DNA of 64,000 nt from an uncultured virus (IMG/VR IMGVR_UViG_3300028372_000001) (taxonomy: Duplodnaviria > Heunggongvirae > Uroviricota > Caudoviricetes): IMG/VR virus record IMGVR_UViG_3300028372_000001, one strand, 5' to 3'. The notes below the pieces were generated by a model, which was given only the letters and a program-made list of their open reading frames with translations, did no database searches and had not been told where the DNA came from. The position numbers and the translations under genes were made by a program. Position 1 is the first letter of the stretch; each line of letters begins with the position of its first letter. Positions 38,455 to 47,395 of the stretch are shown in pieces.

Positions 38455-38952
38455 ATGATTGACGACATTACGATTTATGTTGATATGGATGGAGTTGTTT
38501 CCGACTTCGAAGGTGCAATTGAGCAGCGATTTGGCAAGCCCATAGAAGCCATGGCAAAGCGTGAATTGTGGAGAAGCATTCTCCGCTACAACGACACTGA
38601 AGCGCCGTGGTACTACAGCCTGCCGGAAATGCCGGATGCTCGACAGCTATGGGAATTCGTGACTGCGAACTTCTCTGACGTGCAGATGCTTACGGCAAAG
38701 GGCAACAGCCCGAAGGATGCTGGTGGGCAGAAGCGCAAGTGGGCGGGTGAACACCTTGGGTGGGACGTGCCGGTGAATATCGTCATAAGTTCCGCCGAGA
38801 AGGCAGAGTACGCACACTCGAAGGCTGTGCTTATCGATGACCGTAGCAAGGCAATCGATCCATTCACCGCAGCGGGTGGTATAGGTATCCTGCACAAGCG
38901 GGCATCCACCACCATCTCCGTTCTTCGAACGATGATGGAAGAGTGGAAGTAA
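38455..38952 (+). CDS. HAD-family 5'(3')-deoxyribonucleotidase
   Basis: IYVDMDGVVSDF, LIDDR, GGIGILH. Confidence 0.85.
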   Translation: MIDDITIYVDMDGVVSDFEGAIEQRFGKPIEAMAKRELWRSILRYNDTEAPWYYSLPEMPDARQLWEFVTANFSDVQMLTAKGNSPKDAGGQKRKWAGEHLGWDVPVNIVISSAEKAEYAHSKAVLIDDRSKAIDPFTAAGGIGILHKRASTTISVLRTMMEEWK

Positions 38953-38956
38953 GACG

Positions 38957-38983
38957 AAGGGTGGCGGTTGCCACCCTTTTTCG
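38957..38983 (+). terminator. intrinsic terminator
   Basis: aagggtggc-ggtt-gccaccc-ttttt. Confidence 0.75.
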
Positions 38984-39026
38984 TTTATGCTAATATTCTA
39001 ACGCTTACGTTAATTTGGAGATAATC

Positions 39027-39254
39027 ATGGATACTTGTTGGGTCGTAGAGAGAGAATATCCTTACGAAGATAATGAAATCTTGGCGGTATGTCGCTCTGA
39101 AGAAGCTGCACATAAATTTTGTTCGACCTACGCAGATAAGGAAAATGAATCAAACGTATCTAGAAAATGGCGCTTTGATCGGCTTGATAAAAATGAATGC
39201 TGGAATAATGGTTACCACTATATCATTATTGCCAAGTGGGAAATTGAAGATTGA
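39027..39254 (+). CDS. hypothetical protein
   Basis: GGAG SD. Confidence 0.6.
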   Translation: MDTCWVVEREYPYEDNEILAVCRSEEAAHKFCSTYADKENESNVSRKWRFDRLDKNECWNNGYHYIIIAKWEIED

Positions 39255-39862
39255 ATATCTTCTATCTAGACAGCGATCCTACGGTATGTGCTCAATGGCA
39301 CGTCGATAAGCACGCCGTTAAAATGGTCCTTGAGTACGCACAACTACTGTCAACTGCACATCGTGTGTTGGATGGTATTGAAGAAGATGTTGCGTACATT
39401 CCTGTCAAGTTTGAATACTACGACAACCATAATCTCAAAGGCATGAAAGTAGGTAAGCCGAAAGTCCGCAAGGATTTGACTCTATACCATGACGATATCA
39501 TGATGGAACGTTTCCTGTACCGTCAGACCCACACAAACCATCCCTCAGCCATTTGGGTACGCCAAAGCGCTGCGAACTACCGCTGGTTGTTTAAACTCTT
39601 TACAGAGCTACTGTGGGAGTATGAGCACCGGTATGGCAAGAAACACAAGTGCTGGGAGCTTCATGCACATCTTGAACGGTTGCCACATGCCATTGAGGAC
39701 GATGTGACTGCATTTACAGAGCCCACGCCTGCAATGCCAGAGGAATACCGGATTGAAGGTGATTCCATTACTTCATACCACAGATACTATAACGGTGAGA
39801 AGAACGCGATGTTTGCATGGAAGAATCGTGGGGTTCCCCCGTTTATACAAACTCAACTGTAA
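39251..39862 (+). CDS. pyrimidine-dimer DNA glycosylase-like protein
   Basis: MNIFYLD..P..CAQWHVDKH.VKM.LE.AQLLSTAH, THTNHPSAIW, AMPEEYR. Confidence 0.75.
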   Translation: MNIFYLDSDPTVCAQWHVDKHAVKMVLEYAQLLSTAHRVLDGIEEDVAYIPVKFEYYDNHNLKGMKVGKPKVRKDLTLYHDDIMMERFLYRQTHTNHPSAIWVRQSAANYRWLFKLFTELLWEYEHRYGKKHKCWELHAHLERLPHAIEDDVTAFTEPTPAMPEEYRIEGDSITSYHRYYNGEKNAMFAWKNRGVPPFIQTQL

Positions 39863-41396
39863 TTAATACGCTTTCCTTGAATGAGGTGTAAACGTGAGTG
39901 TCTTTCGGATCATTTGTATCACTTAACGAATCATAGCCACCAAAACCGAAATTACCAATGAGCTTTAAACCAGCACCAGTAATTGTTGTAGGGAGTTCAC
40001 CTCGAAGCGTGACTGTTGTTTGGTCTGTATCTGGATCATAAGACACACCATCTACAGAGTAATCGAAATCTGTTATCGTAACGGTTGCTGGGATAACGTT
40101 CCAATCGAATCCGCCGAAAGTTGTATCAAAGGCGTAGTCTGAACTATCACCGGAAGTATCGCCGGGGCGCAACTTATCCTCTAAAGTGTTGGGTATGTTA
40201 TATTGCTTGGCAATATCTTCTCTAGTACCTTCAAGGGATACTATGCGTCGGTTTGTGATTGCGGTGCGAAGCATCATTGAGCCATGATTATTGGCTTCGG
40301 TAACGTCGGTTAGTTTGAATGGTGTGGTTGCATCGACAGTTATAATCGTGTTGGTGCCGTTGAACACAACATTTTCAATTAGATAAAATCCAAGGTTACG
40401 TGTTGCCTTCGAAACAGAAATTATTCCACCACAGTAGCCAGTGTCAATGGTTTGTGTTGCGCTGATGCGAATTGTTGTTTTATCATCTATGCCACTATAA
40501 GATGTTGTAACCACCGAATATCTGCCATCATTGGGGCCAGTGCCAAGAACATCAAATCCCTGTCTCGAAAGGAACTCTGCACTTCGGTCTCCACTTACTA
40601 CAAATTCGGTCGATGTGCACGACACAATATCATATGTACGCTTAGAAACAACCCTAAAGGCTGTATTTAGCCCGTCAGTGGCAGTATCGGAATCTGTGAT
40701 TAGAGAAGTTACATCGCCGCGTATAATCATGTTGGAAGTATTTGGAATACTTTGTATCTGAAACCTAAGATCGTATGTTTGATTACCACTTAATACAACC
40801 TCACATTCTCCCGGTATAGGTGCAAACGCAAACGATGGCAGCGCTGCCACTTGACTATCATCAAACAATCCACCGTCAAATCCACCCGCAATAGGTGTGA
40901 ATAGATTACAGAAGTCTTTACCAGCATTTAAATAGCTATCATATTCACCAGATGCAATGTCCAGTGTGACACTAATCTCTGTTCTATTAGCGCCAATATT
41001 GTAATCCACCACGGTAACTTCTGTGATTACCGGGCGACGATTTACTGTGGAGCTATTGAAAAGAGCGATAGCATCGCCCGGTGCCCAATCTGATGAAACA
41101 TCACCCTGAAGAAAGACTTGATCCCCAGAGTTATTATAGCCTATAATATCGTATTCAGTTTGAAAAGTAAAGCCTTCGTCATAATCCTCGAAAACTTCTA
41201 GAGAGTCACATAATTCACGGTTAGCAATGGTATAATCATTGAATAAATCTTCAACAACTGATACATTGATCGTGTCAAAGAAATTGTACTGCTTCAAAAT
41301 CTCTAGAATTTTGGTATGATACGGTTTCATATCGTTGAAGTATCGGATATATGACTCGATAGGAGTCGATAATCCAGAATTACCGGTAATAGCCAT
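39843..41396 (-). CDS. putative virion structural (baseplate/tail) protein
   Basis: KPYHTKI motif, beta-rich T/D composition, TAAATA upstream. Confidence 0.6.
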   Translation of the reverse strand: MAITGNSGLSTPIESYIRYFNDMKPYHTKILEILKQYNFFDTINVSVVEDLFNDYTIANRELCDSLEVFEDYDEGFTFQTEYDIIGYNNSGDQVFLQGDVSSDWAPGDAIALFNSSTVNRRPVITEVTVVDYNIGANRTEISVTLDIASGEYDSYLNAGKDFCNLFTPIAGGFDGGLFDDSQVAALPSFAFAPIPGECEVVLSGNQTYDLRFQIQSIPNTSNMIIRGDVTSLITDSDTATDGLNTAFRVVSKRTYDIVSCTSTEFVVSGDRSAEFLSRQGFDVLGTGPNDGRYSVVTTSYSGIDDKTTIRISATQTIDTGYCGGIISVSKATRNLGFYLIENVVFNGTNTIITVDATTPFKLTDVTEANNHGSMMLRTAITNRRIVSLEGTREDIAKQYNIPNTLEDKLRPGDTSGDSSDYAFDTTFGGFDWNVIPATVTITDFDYSVDGVSYDPDTDQTTVTLRGELPTTITGAGLKLIGNFGFGGYDSLSDTNDPKDTHVYTSFKESVLITVEFV

Positions 41397-41428
41397 TAAC
41401 GTGCCTCAGTTCATTACATTATTTATGG

Positions 41429-41644
41429 TTATTGAAGCGGATTTGATTCTTGTGTATTTTCTTCGGGGGAGTTGCTAAATATGGGATTAAATTCTAGGTG
41501 AATATTTCTTACTGATCTGCGAAGGGTAGAGACGATAGCTCTTAGTCTTGGGTCATCAATATCTTCTTCACTAACAAGTCTTAGGAAATCTTGTAGACTA
41601 TTATTCTCGTAAATAGTCTTCAGATATTGATGGTCTAACTTCAT
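41429..41644 (-). CDS. hypothetical protein
   Basis: Coupled ORF. Confidence 0.55.
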   Translation of the reverse strand: MKLDHQYLKTIYENNSLQDFLRLVSEEDIDDPRLRAIVSTLRRSVRNIHLEFNPIFSNSPEENTQESNPLQ

Positions 41645-41823
41645 AACGCTTCCCTCGACCAATCGACAACACTATTGAAACTTTTTCGAGTGTGTCTGTC
41701 GAATACAGAACCGTCATCATTGATGATCAAGCCAAAACGAAACGCTACTTCTGTAATTTCGCTAGCTCGGCGTAGTTTAGATACTATATCTTTGGGTGGT
41801 TTTTGATAATTACAAACCGACAA
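41641..41823 (-). CDS. hypothetical protein
   Basis: Coupled ORF. Confidence 0.5.
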   Translation of the reverse strand: MSVCNYQKPPKDIVSKLRRASEITEVAFRFGLIINDDGSVFDRHTRKSFNSVVDWSREAL

Positions 41824-41998
41824 TTTTTACGCCTTCAAAAAATTCTTTTGTCAAGGATGAACTCTGAGATGTTTCCTTTTCGGTTAATCTCTTCATTTCT
41901 GCTCGACGTTGCAGGGTCAACAAAAAGCGATTCAATTCTTTTATTTGACGATCTGCATCCAAATTTCTTGAATTAACGGCGGATGAATCATTGGGCAT
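41810..41998 (-). CDS. hypothetical protein
   Basis: TATAAATA upstream. Confidence 0.55.
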   Translation of the reverse strand: MPNDSSAVNSRNLDADRQIKELNRFLLTLQRRAEMKRLTEKETSQSSSLTKEFFEGVKIVGL

Positions 41999-42028
41999 AG
42001 TAAAAATCTCACGGTCTGTTTAAGGTAT

Positions 42029-43078
42029 TTATACTATGTTACTCAAAAATTTCTGGTTCTTGATCTGGAAGTCTTTAAGTCTAATCTTAGCCTCGAAGCC
42101 ATGGTATGTTCTATCTACCACAGATTTAAGCACATAAAGCTTACCAAAGTGGTTGATTGCATTACAAATATCTCGACATGGAAATATCTCAGGAAGAGAT
42201 ATTCCCCAGCCTAATTCTATTGCCTGATTCGCAAGATGCATACCATCGGAATTATAGTCTGGGACTACCACTTTTGGTTTACGACTTCGAGATATAATTT
42301 GTATCTTTGCATCTTTCATGGTGTTACCAAGCACGGCCAATCCATTTAAATGCCACGAATCAAAAAAGCCCTCCGTTATATACAATGGCCTATCAGGATC
42401 ACCATCATATAAATGCTCTAGGCCATGTATAACGGCACTGCTATCTTCGACAGAGGCATTGAGATACTTCTTTCCACTACCATAAAATAGACGCCCCTGC
42501 CAGTAGATTAGCCGATCACCCTGATAAGCTGGAATAATTATTCGAGTCCGCAAGTGTTTACAATGGTAGATATCATCTGGGTCCTTGGAACTAGTCTTTC
42601 CACTGGACAACATGAAAGGATAGTCATCTGGCCGCATCTTGTAATTGTCCCACAAGAAATTTTTGGCCTCAATAAAAAATGGGTTATCTTCTGGAAAATT
42701 CGTCATAGTGACAAAAAAGTCAGGCTGCTCGATATTGGGTAGCCGAATAGCCTTCTTCTGAATGACTTGACGTTTGTCGCCTTTGAGGTTCTTAACTAAA
42801 AGTTCTTGAACTTCTTTATAAGGAACTCCAAACGAAGTGAAGACTTCATACATGTATTTGGAGTTAGGATGCTCGCGGTTGGGGTCAAAATTAGCCTCAA
42901 CTCCACAGTTGAAACAATTGTAGAAGCACATATCATCTTGAAACAGCCAGCCACCGCGTGGGCCTTTAGCCCTGCTGCCATCACCACATACTTCACAGAA
43001 TACACTGTGCCATCCTTTAGATGACACGCTGTGTACAAGGGGAACATGCGTTCTTACAATATCTTCTATAGTATCCAT
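42029..43078 (-). CDS. DNA primase (T4 gp61-like)
   Basis: Zn finger CEVCGD...YNCFNCG; RIIIP, YWQGR, KYLN; TOPRIM YITEGFFDS, VPDYN.DG. Confidence 0.85.
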   Translation of the reverse strand: MDTIEDIVRTHVPLVHSVSSKGWHSVFCEVCGDGSRAKGPRGGWLFQDDMCFYNCFNCGVEANFDPNREHPNSKYMYEVFTSFGVPYKEVQELLVKNLKGDKRQVIQKKAIRLPNIEQPDFFVTMTNFPEDNPFFIEAKNFLWDNYKMRPDDYPFMLSSGKTSSKDPDDIYHCKHLRTRIIIPAYQGDRLIYWQGRLFYGSGKKYLNASVEDSSAVIHGLEHLYDGDPDRPLYITEGFFDSWHLNGLAVLGNTMKDAKIQIISRSRKPKVVVPDYNSDGMHLANQAIELGWGISLPEIFPCRDICNAINHFGKLYVLKSVVDRTYHGFEAKIRLKDFQIKNQKFLSNIV

Positions 43079-43101
43079 CGTGGATATGATATCACACGGT
43101 G

Positions 43102-43797
43102 TTAGTCTTGTTCAACCCTTTTTGCTTTGGACTTGCGACGATACTTGCGAGGCACAAGTTCTTCTTCGATCCCATCATATGCCTCTTTTTCCAACTCACG
43201 AGGATCATGACTGGCACGCATAACTCCCGCACCAAATTTTTCTAGACGCTTAATTACTTCTTCCGAGCCCATCCAGAAATCCCTATCCTGACAAATATCT
43301 TCGATTTCTGTGGGTGTCATGAAATCTTTATAAAAGCTTTTAGCTAGTTGATTAAAGTATTCGTCGGTAAACTTCACCTGTCGGGCAACTTCTCCACCCT
43401 TACCTAGAATACCATGACTGTAATTATGAATCATGAAGCTACAATTATCATTGACAATATAGCTATCACCCGCAAGGAAAATGAATGTGCCTGCTGAGAA
43501 AACTTCACCTTCAATTACTGTTGTTACTTCAGCTTGAGATTGCTTCATTGCTGAGATAATCTGAATGGTAGTGCTTAAGCAACCACCGGGTGTATTTAGA
43601 TAGAGGAAGATTTTATCATGGGGTTCTGCTGACTTGATAGTATTAATCATATCAATGTATCTGTCGGGCTCTTCAATTTCACCTATAATGTAAAAGTGAT
43701 GGAGAGAAACATTGATAACCTGAGTGTATTGCTTTATAGGCCGCTCAGCCCAAGGGTTACCTAACAACAATTCAGATACTTCTTCGTCGTTTCGCAC
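43102..43797 (-). CDS. clpP: ClpP-like protease subunit
   Basis: LYLNTPGG, catalytic S in VFSAGT, FMIH, RDFWM; AGGAG plus GTG start. Confidence 0.85.
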   Translation of the reverse strand: MRNDEEVSELLLGNPWAERPIKQYTQVINVSLHHFYIIGEIEEPDRYIDMINTIKSAEPHDKIFLYLNTPGGCLSTTIQIISAMKQSQAEVTTVIEGEVFSAGTFIFLAGDSYIVNDNCSFMIHNYSHGILGKGGEVARQVKFTDEYFNQLAKSFYKDFMTPTEIEDICQDRDFWMGSEEVIKRLEKFGAGVMRASHDPRELEKEAYDGIEEELVPRKYRRKSKAKRVEQD

Positions 43798-43875
43798 TAA
43801 GCTACTCCTATTTTGTATTCTTTCGGGTGTAATACTATTTAGCCAATTATAAATTGTAGCTTTAAACCTACAAAT

Positions 43876-43903
43876 AAAAACGGCACCCGAAGGTGCCATT
43901 TTT
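43876..43903 (-). terminator. terminator after tmRNA
   Basis: ggcacc-ttcg-ggtgcc followed by gtttttattt. Confidence 0.8.
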
Positions 43904-44071
43904 AGGTTGACTTTGATAACAAGGCGTTTCCTGCCTCGTGAGGTTCACGCCGCTAGACGGAAGTCCTCATCAAATGTATTATCATTTGCATTTACTTTAA
44001 TGATTTTTACGATTTTTCTTATCGGGTTGTCACTATTCCTTCACTATCCACGTCGAATCCAGAACGCCCTC
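43900..44071 (-). ncRNA. ssrA: permuted tmRNA, coding piece; tag (A)ANDNTFDEDFRLAA* at 43989-43945
   Basis: 5' GAGGGCGTTCTGGATTCGAC; resume codon GCA; tag ends in LAA. Confidence 0.9.
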
Positions 44072-44263
44072 AAAGCTGGCCACGCCACCCGGAGGTGACG
44101 GGACCGTATCCTTTTGTACACATGGCACATAGGAAATGTAGGTCCATAACTACTAAGTTGTCGTATAAAAGGAAGACCTACGGCAGCCCCTTATCTCTCT
44201 GGCAACTTAATAACCCTCTCGCTAAAGAGGTAAACATTCAATTTAACCCGATTGAATGCTTAG
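44072..44263 (-). other. 192-nt structured intervening segment of the permuted tmRNA
   Basis: Lies between the acceptor 3' end and the coding-piece 5' end; several helices. Confidence 0.75.
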
Positions 44264-44325
44264 TGAAGGCGGCGGGAGTCGAACCCGCGTCCGCGAATGA
44301 TCCTCAACAGATCATACAACCATAC
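44264..44325 (-). ncRNA. ssrA: permuted tmRNA, acceptor piece
   Basis: GGACGCGGGTTCGACTCCCGCCGCCTTCA; pairs with GAGGGCG to give G3.U70 and discriminator A; CCA not encoded; TAAATA just upstream. Confidence 0.9.
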
Positions 44326-44627
44326 TTACTACTTCTATTTAGTCTTTCTAAAAAATTCACTTGATAAGGCTTAAGTACTTCGTCTTCTAAATTTAAGGTT
44401 TAGATGCTGACTGTCAATAGTGTCTTAAGCTTCCCAGCCCCAAGATTGTACATTCTTTAATCCCAGAATTCTTATGCGGCATTTTATTTATAATAACTAT
44501 ATTATTATATTAGGATACGCCTGTGTAACTTAGAACTCAATAAAATGAGTATAGTTACAGTAGTCATTGTGAGACGCAGCAAAAGCTAACTGAATGCAGA
44601 ACCTCTTATCAAGTTGTGGTAATGATA

Positions 44628-44900
44628 CTACGGATACAGGAGTGTGTCAACATCATATTCCATAAACTGTGGAATTTCTCGGTCTTCACGGGGTTCTGGC
44701 TCATCAAGAACCATGACCCATCCCGTACCTTCAGAAAAATCAAATTCTGCCACAATATCATCACCATCATAAACATATACAGTCTTGTTGTTTCCCGCAG
44801 CGAACCGGGGATTGTTTGGATAGGACGCCAAAACGGTCTCCCCCCAATCACCATATGTTGTTTGATGATTGCCCGGAAAGCCAATTCTTCTAGATGCCAT
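44628..44900 (-). CDS. hypothetical protein
   Basis: ORF. Confidence 0.55.
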   Translation of the reverse strand: MASRRIGFPGNHQTTYGDWGETVLASYPNNPRFAAGNNKTVYVYDGDDIVAEFDFSEGTGWVMVLDEPEPREDREIPQFMEYDVDTLLYP

Positions 44901-45058
44901 AATTTAATTTTGCCCTTTTGTCCACCATTAATTCTTTGTTAAGTCTATCCCTTTCGCGTGTCAGAATGTCTCGCTTCTCGGCATTCGTTTCTTTAGAAAG
45001 TTGAATCTCTACCAACGATAGATTTGTTTCCATTTCTCGAAGGTCTCGCTTGAACTTT

Positions 45059-45847
45059 TTATACATGATTTAGTATTTCACCATCCCTGTATTCTTTAAG
45101 TAATATTGGAGTGCCGTTATTCCACTCCCAGACTTGTAGAATGCCGTCTTCGGTTTCACCTATCCATGAACAGGTCTCTACCCAATCTCCACTATTTAAG
45201 TACAGTGTATTATCATACCCAATCATTTTTATTTCGGGATGATGTATGTGCCCACAAATGACGCCATCGTACTTACCATGCACCATAGTGGCCGCTGTTT
45301 CTTCAAATTTGAACATGAAATTTGCAGCTTCTTTGACTCTATGTTTCAAGTACTTAGATATTGACCAATACTCGTATCCGAGTGCTCCGCGAATTTTGTT
45401 ATAAAATAAATTAAACGACAGCATAAGATTATACCCAACATCACCGATGTATGCAACCCATTTATGATAGTGCATAATATTGTCAAACCCATCACCATGG
45501 ACAACCAAGAAAGATTTACCATTGCTTTTGTAAACCATCTTGTTTACAATCTCGATGTTACCAAGTTTCATATCAAAGTCGTGATAGCCTCGAAGGAACT
45601 CATCATGATTTCCAGTAACGTAGTATATTTTACGTCCCTTCTTGGCCATAGATAGCACCTTGCGGATTGCGTTGACGTGTTCTTGTGGAAAGAACCATTT
45701 AGATTTCAGTCTCCAACCGTCAATTATATCACCATTCATAATTAGAGTATCAAACTTTGTCTCATCCAAAAACTTTGTGAAAGCTTCTGCTTGACACCCT
45801 CTACTTCCAAGATGAATATCGGATACCCAGACGGTTTTAAACTTCAT
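45059..45847 (-). CDS. LpxH-like metallophosphoesterase (UDP-2,3-diacylglucosamine hydrolase family)
   Basis: SDIHLG, GDIIDGW, GNHD, HGD.FD, CGHIH, NSGDWVE. Confidence 0.85.
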   Translation of the reverse strand: MKFKTVWVSDIHLGSRGCQAEAFTKFLDETKFDTLIMNGDIIDGWRLKSKWFFPQEHVNAIRKVLSMAKKGRKIYYVTGNHDEFLRGYHDFDMKLGNIEIVNKMVYKSNGKSFLVVHGDGFDNIMHYHKWVAYIGDVGYNLMLSFNLFYNKIRGALGYEYWSISKYLKHRVKEAANFMFKFEETAATMVHGKYDGVICGHIHHPEIKMIGYDNTLYLNSGDWVETCSWIGETEDGILQVWEWNNGTPILLKEYRDGEILNHV

Positions 45848-46326
45848 CGCCACCCACCATCCAAGTCTTCATGATACTCTTCGATTAGTTCTAGTGGACC
45901 GATGTCTTCCAGATTCAATTTAGATATGTCCAAACCAACACACTCGTATGATAACGTGATGTGGGGTTGGTATTCATCAAAATCGAAAGTTGCCCCATGA
46001 TCATCCATTATTTGATTATGGCGCTCCACAAGGTCAGGGGATTTCAGTTTGATAACCAGTGCGTTTTCCTCTTCACCGAATAGTCCAAATTTATCAGGTT
46101 CTGCAAGCATTGGAGTTTCAAGCTTACCACGTGATTTAAACTTTGGCAGATATTTACGTGAGTAAATTAAAGTTGTGTGGAGTTCCTTTTTGCCGAGAGC
46201 GTCAGGGAAATTATTCGCATTGATAAATTCCATGATCTTCTCCGCAGATTCATCAGATAAGCGGGCTCCGACATATGTCCCTGCGGGGGTACTTTCGAGT
46301 AATTGTTTAAGCAGTTTCAATTTCAT
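45844..46326 (-). CDS. acb1: Acb1-like (T4 57B-type) 2H cyclic-nucleotide phosphodiesterase
   Basis: GTYVGA, LHTTLIYSRK, GATFDFDEYQPHITLSY. Confidence 0.78.
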   Translation of the reverse strand: MKLKLLKQLLESTPAGTYVGARLSDESAEKIMEFINANNFPDALGKKELHTTLIYSRKYLPKFKSRGKLETPMLAEPDKFGLFGEEENALVIKLKSPDLVERHNQIMDDHGATFDFDEYQPHITLSYECVGLDISKLNLEDIGPLELIEEYHEDLDGGWR

Positions 46327-46582
46327 AATTGCGTTCTGTAAGCTCATTTCTATATAATTCAACGACAGCATGAACCAATACATCTAAATCTTTCTCCATA
46401 TCCTTTTCCGTCAAAACACATGACTGAATATTGCGGCCATGGTGGAATTTCCATTGCTTAGACTTATGAACGCTGATGGCTAAGAAATAATCACCATCGT
46501 CATATGCCAGTGATACGACTAGATCATCACCAAGTTCAGCCGCGATTTTCTCATGGAAGATAACTACATCTGAAAACTTCAT
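46307..46582 (-). CDS. hypothetical protein
   Basis: ATGA coupling. Confidence 0.6.
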   Translation of the reverse strand: MKFSDVVIFHEKIAAELGDDLVVSLAYDDGDYFLAISVHKSKQWKFHHGRNIQSCVLTEKDMEKDLDVLVHAVVELYRNELTERNYEIETA

Positions 46583-47100
46583 GCTCCGGTTCTCCTATAT
46601 TTAGTAAACACTAGTCCCGATTCCAAACTTTGAGACTCAACATCAAACTTCATCTGAAGAATGCGGCAGAACTCATCGGAAAGTTTAACATCACATTCAT
46701 GAGTGTTGGGTATATCGGTTATATACACACTGTCAACGCAGCGAATAGCTTCGTCGTACAAACTGATACCACCAATTATAAAAACGTCTCCAGATGCTTG
46801 TTGAAGGGCGTCAGGGAGTCCTCTTGCACCAAACGTGTCGGCATACATCTTAATTTCTTCTTGACGTGGTAGATATTTTGATAGAACAATGCAGGTTCTC
46901 CCCGGAAGCAATTGCTTTCCGGGCGTAAGCTTTCGGTGTTCTATAATACTTTCGCATGTATTGTATCCCATCACACACGTACTGTTCTTAGTTGTTTCTT
47001 TGAAGAACTTCAAATCTTCGGGATAATACCACGGAAGTTCTCCATTTTTACCAATTCCAAGTTCTCGATCACATGCTAGTATTAGACTTATCATCCTCAT
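46579..47100 (-). CDS. folA: dihydrofolate reductase
   Basis: GIGKNGELPW..PEDLKFFK, VMG.NT, LPGR, FIIGG. Confidence 0.92.
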   Translation of the reverse strand: MRMISLILACDRELGIGKNGELPWYYPEDLKFFKETTKNSTCVMGYNTCESIIEHRKLTPGKQLLPGRTCIVLSKYLPRQEEIKMYADTFGARGLPDALQQASGDVFIIGGISLYDEAIRCVDSVYITDIPNTHECDVKLSDEFCRILQMKFDVESQSLESGLVFTKYRRTGA

Positions 47101-47395
47101 CATCAATTAGAATATCTCGGACCATATGAAGCTCTTTCAGATTTACCCATTTCACCCCGAACGCTACACCAACATTAGGCATAGCGCTATTACTCCGTGG
47201 GGCTGGCTTTATTTCAACTACAACGTCAGGCTTAGGTGCAGGTCTGGTTGTTCTAGTTGCTCTACGACCAGCACGCCTAGATGAAGGTGGGATGGGTTCT
47301 TCATTTGGTTTTTCCGCGACTCGACCAGTCAAGATGTACTCGTTTCCGTCATAGATATAAGTCTTTGACATATCAAGGTTTAGATCATCTTCCAT
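47069..47395 (-). CDS. hypothetical protein
   Basis: GGAG SD. Confidence 0.65.
   Translation of the reverse strand: MEDDLNLDMSKTYIYDGNEYILTGRVAEKPNEEPIPPSSRRAGRRATRTTRPAPKPDVVVEIKPAPRSNSAMPNVGVAFGVKWVNLKELHMVRDILIDDEDDKSNTSM

Noticed and set aside
43102..43899. ClpP start at 43899 as in the ORF track; plus-strand ORFs 43907-44364
   Set aside because: The extension overlaps the tmRNA terminator, and SD+GTG at 43797 fits better; the plus-strand ORFs overlie the tmRNA
44264..44295. Stand-alone tRNA gene
   Set aside because: A T-arm is present but there is no D or anticodon arm upstream; it pairs with the downstream tmRNA 5' end instead
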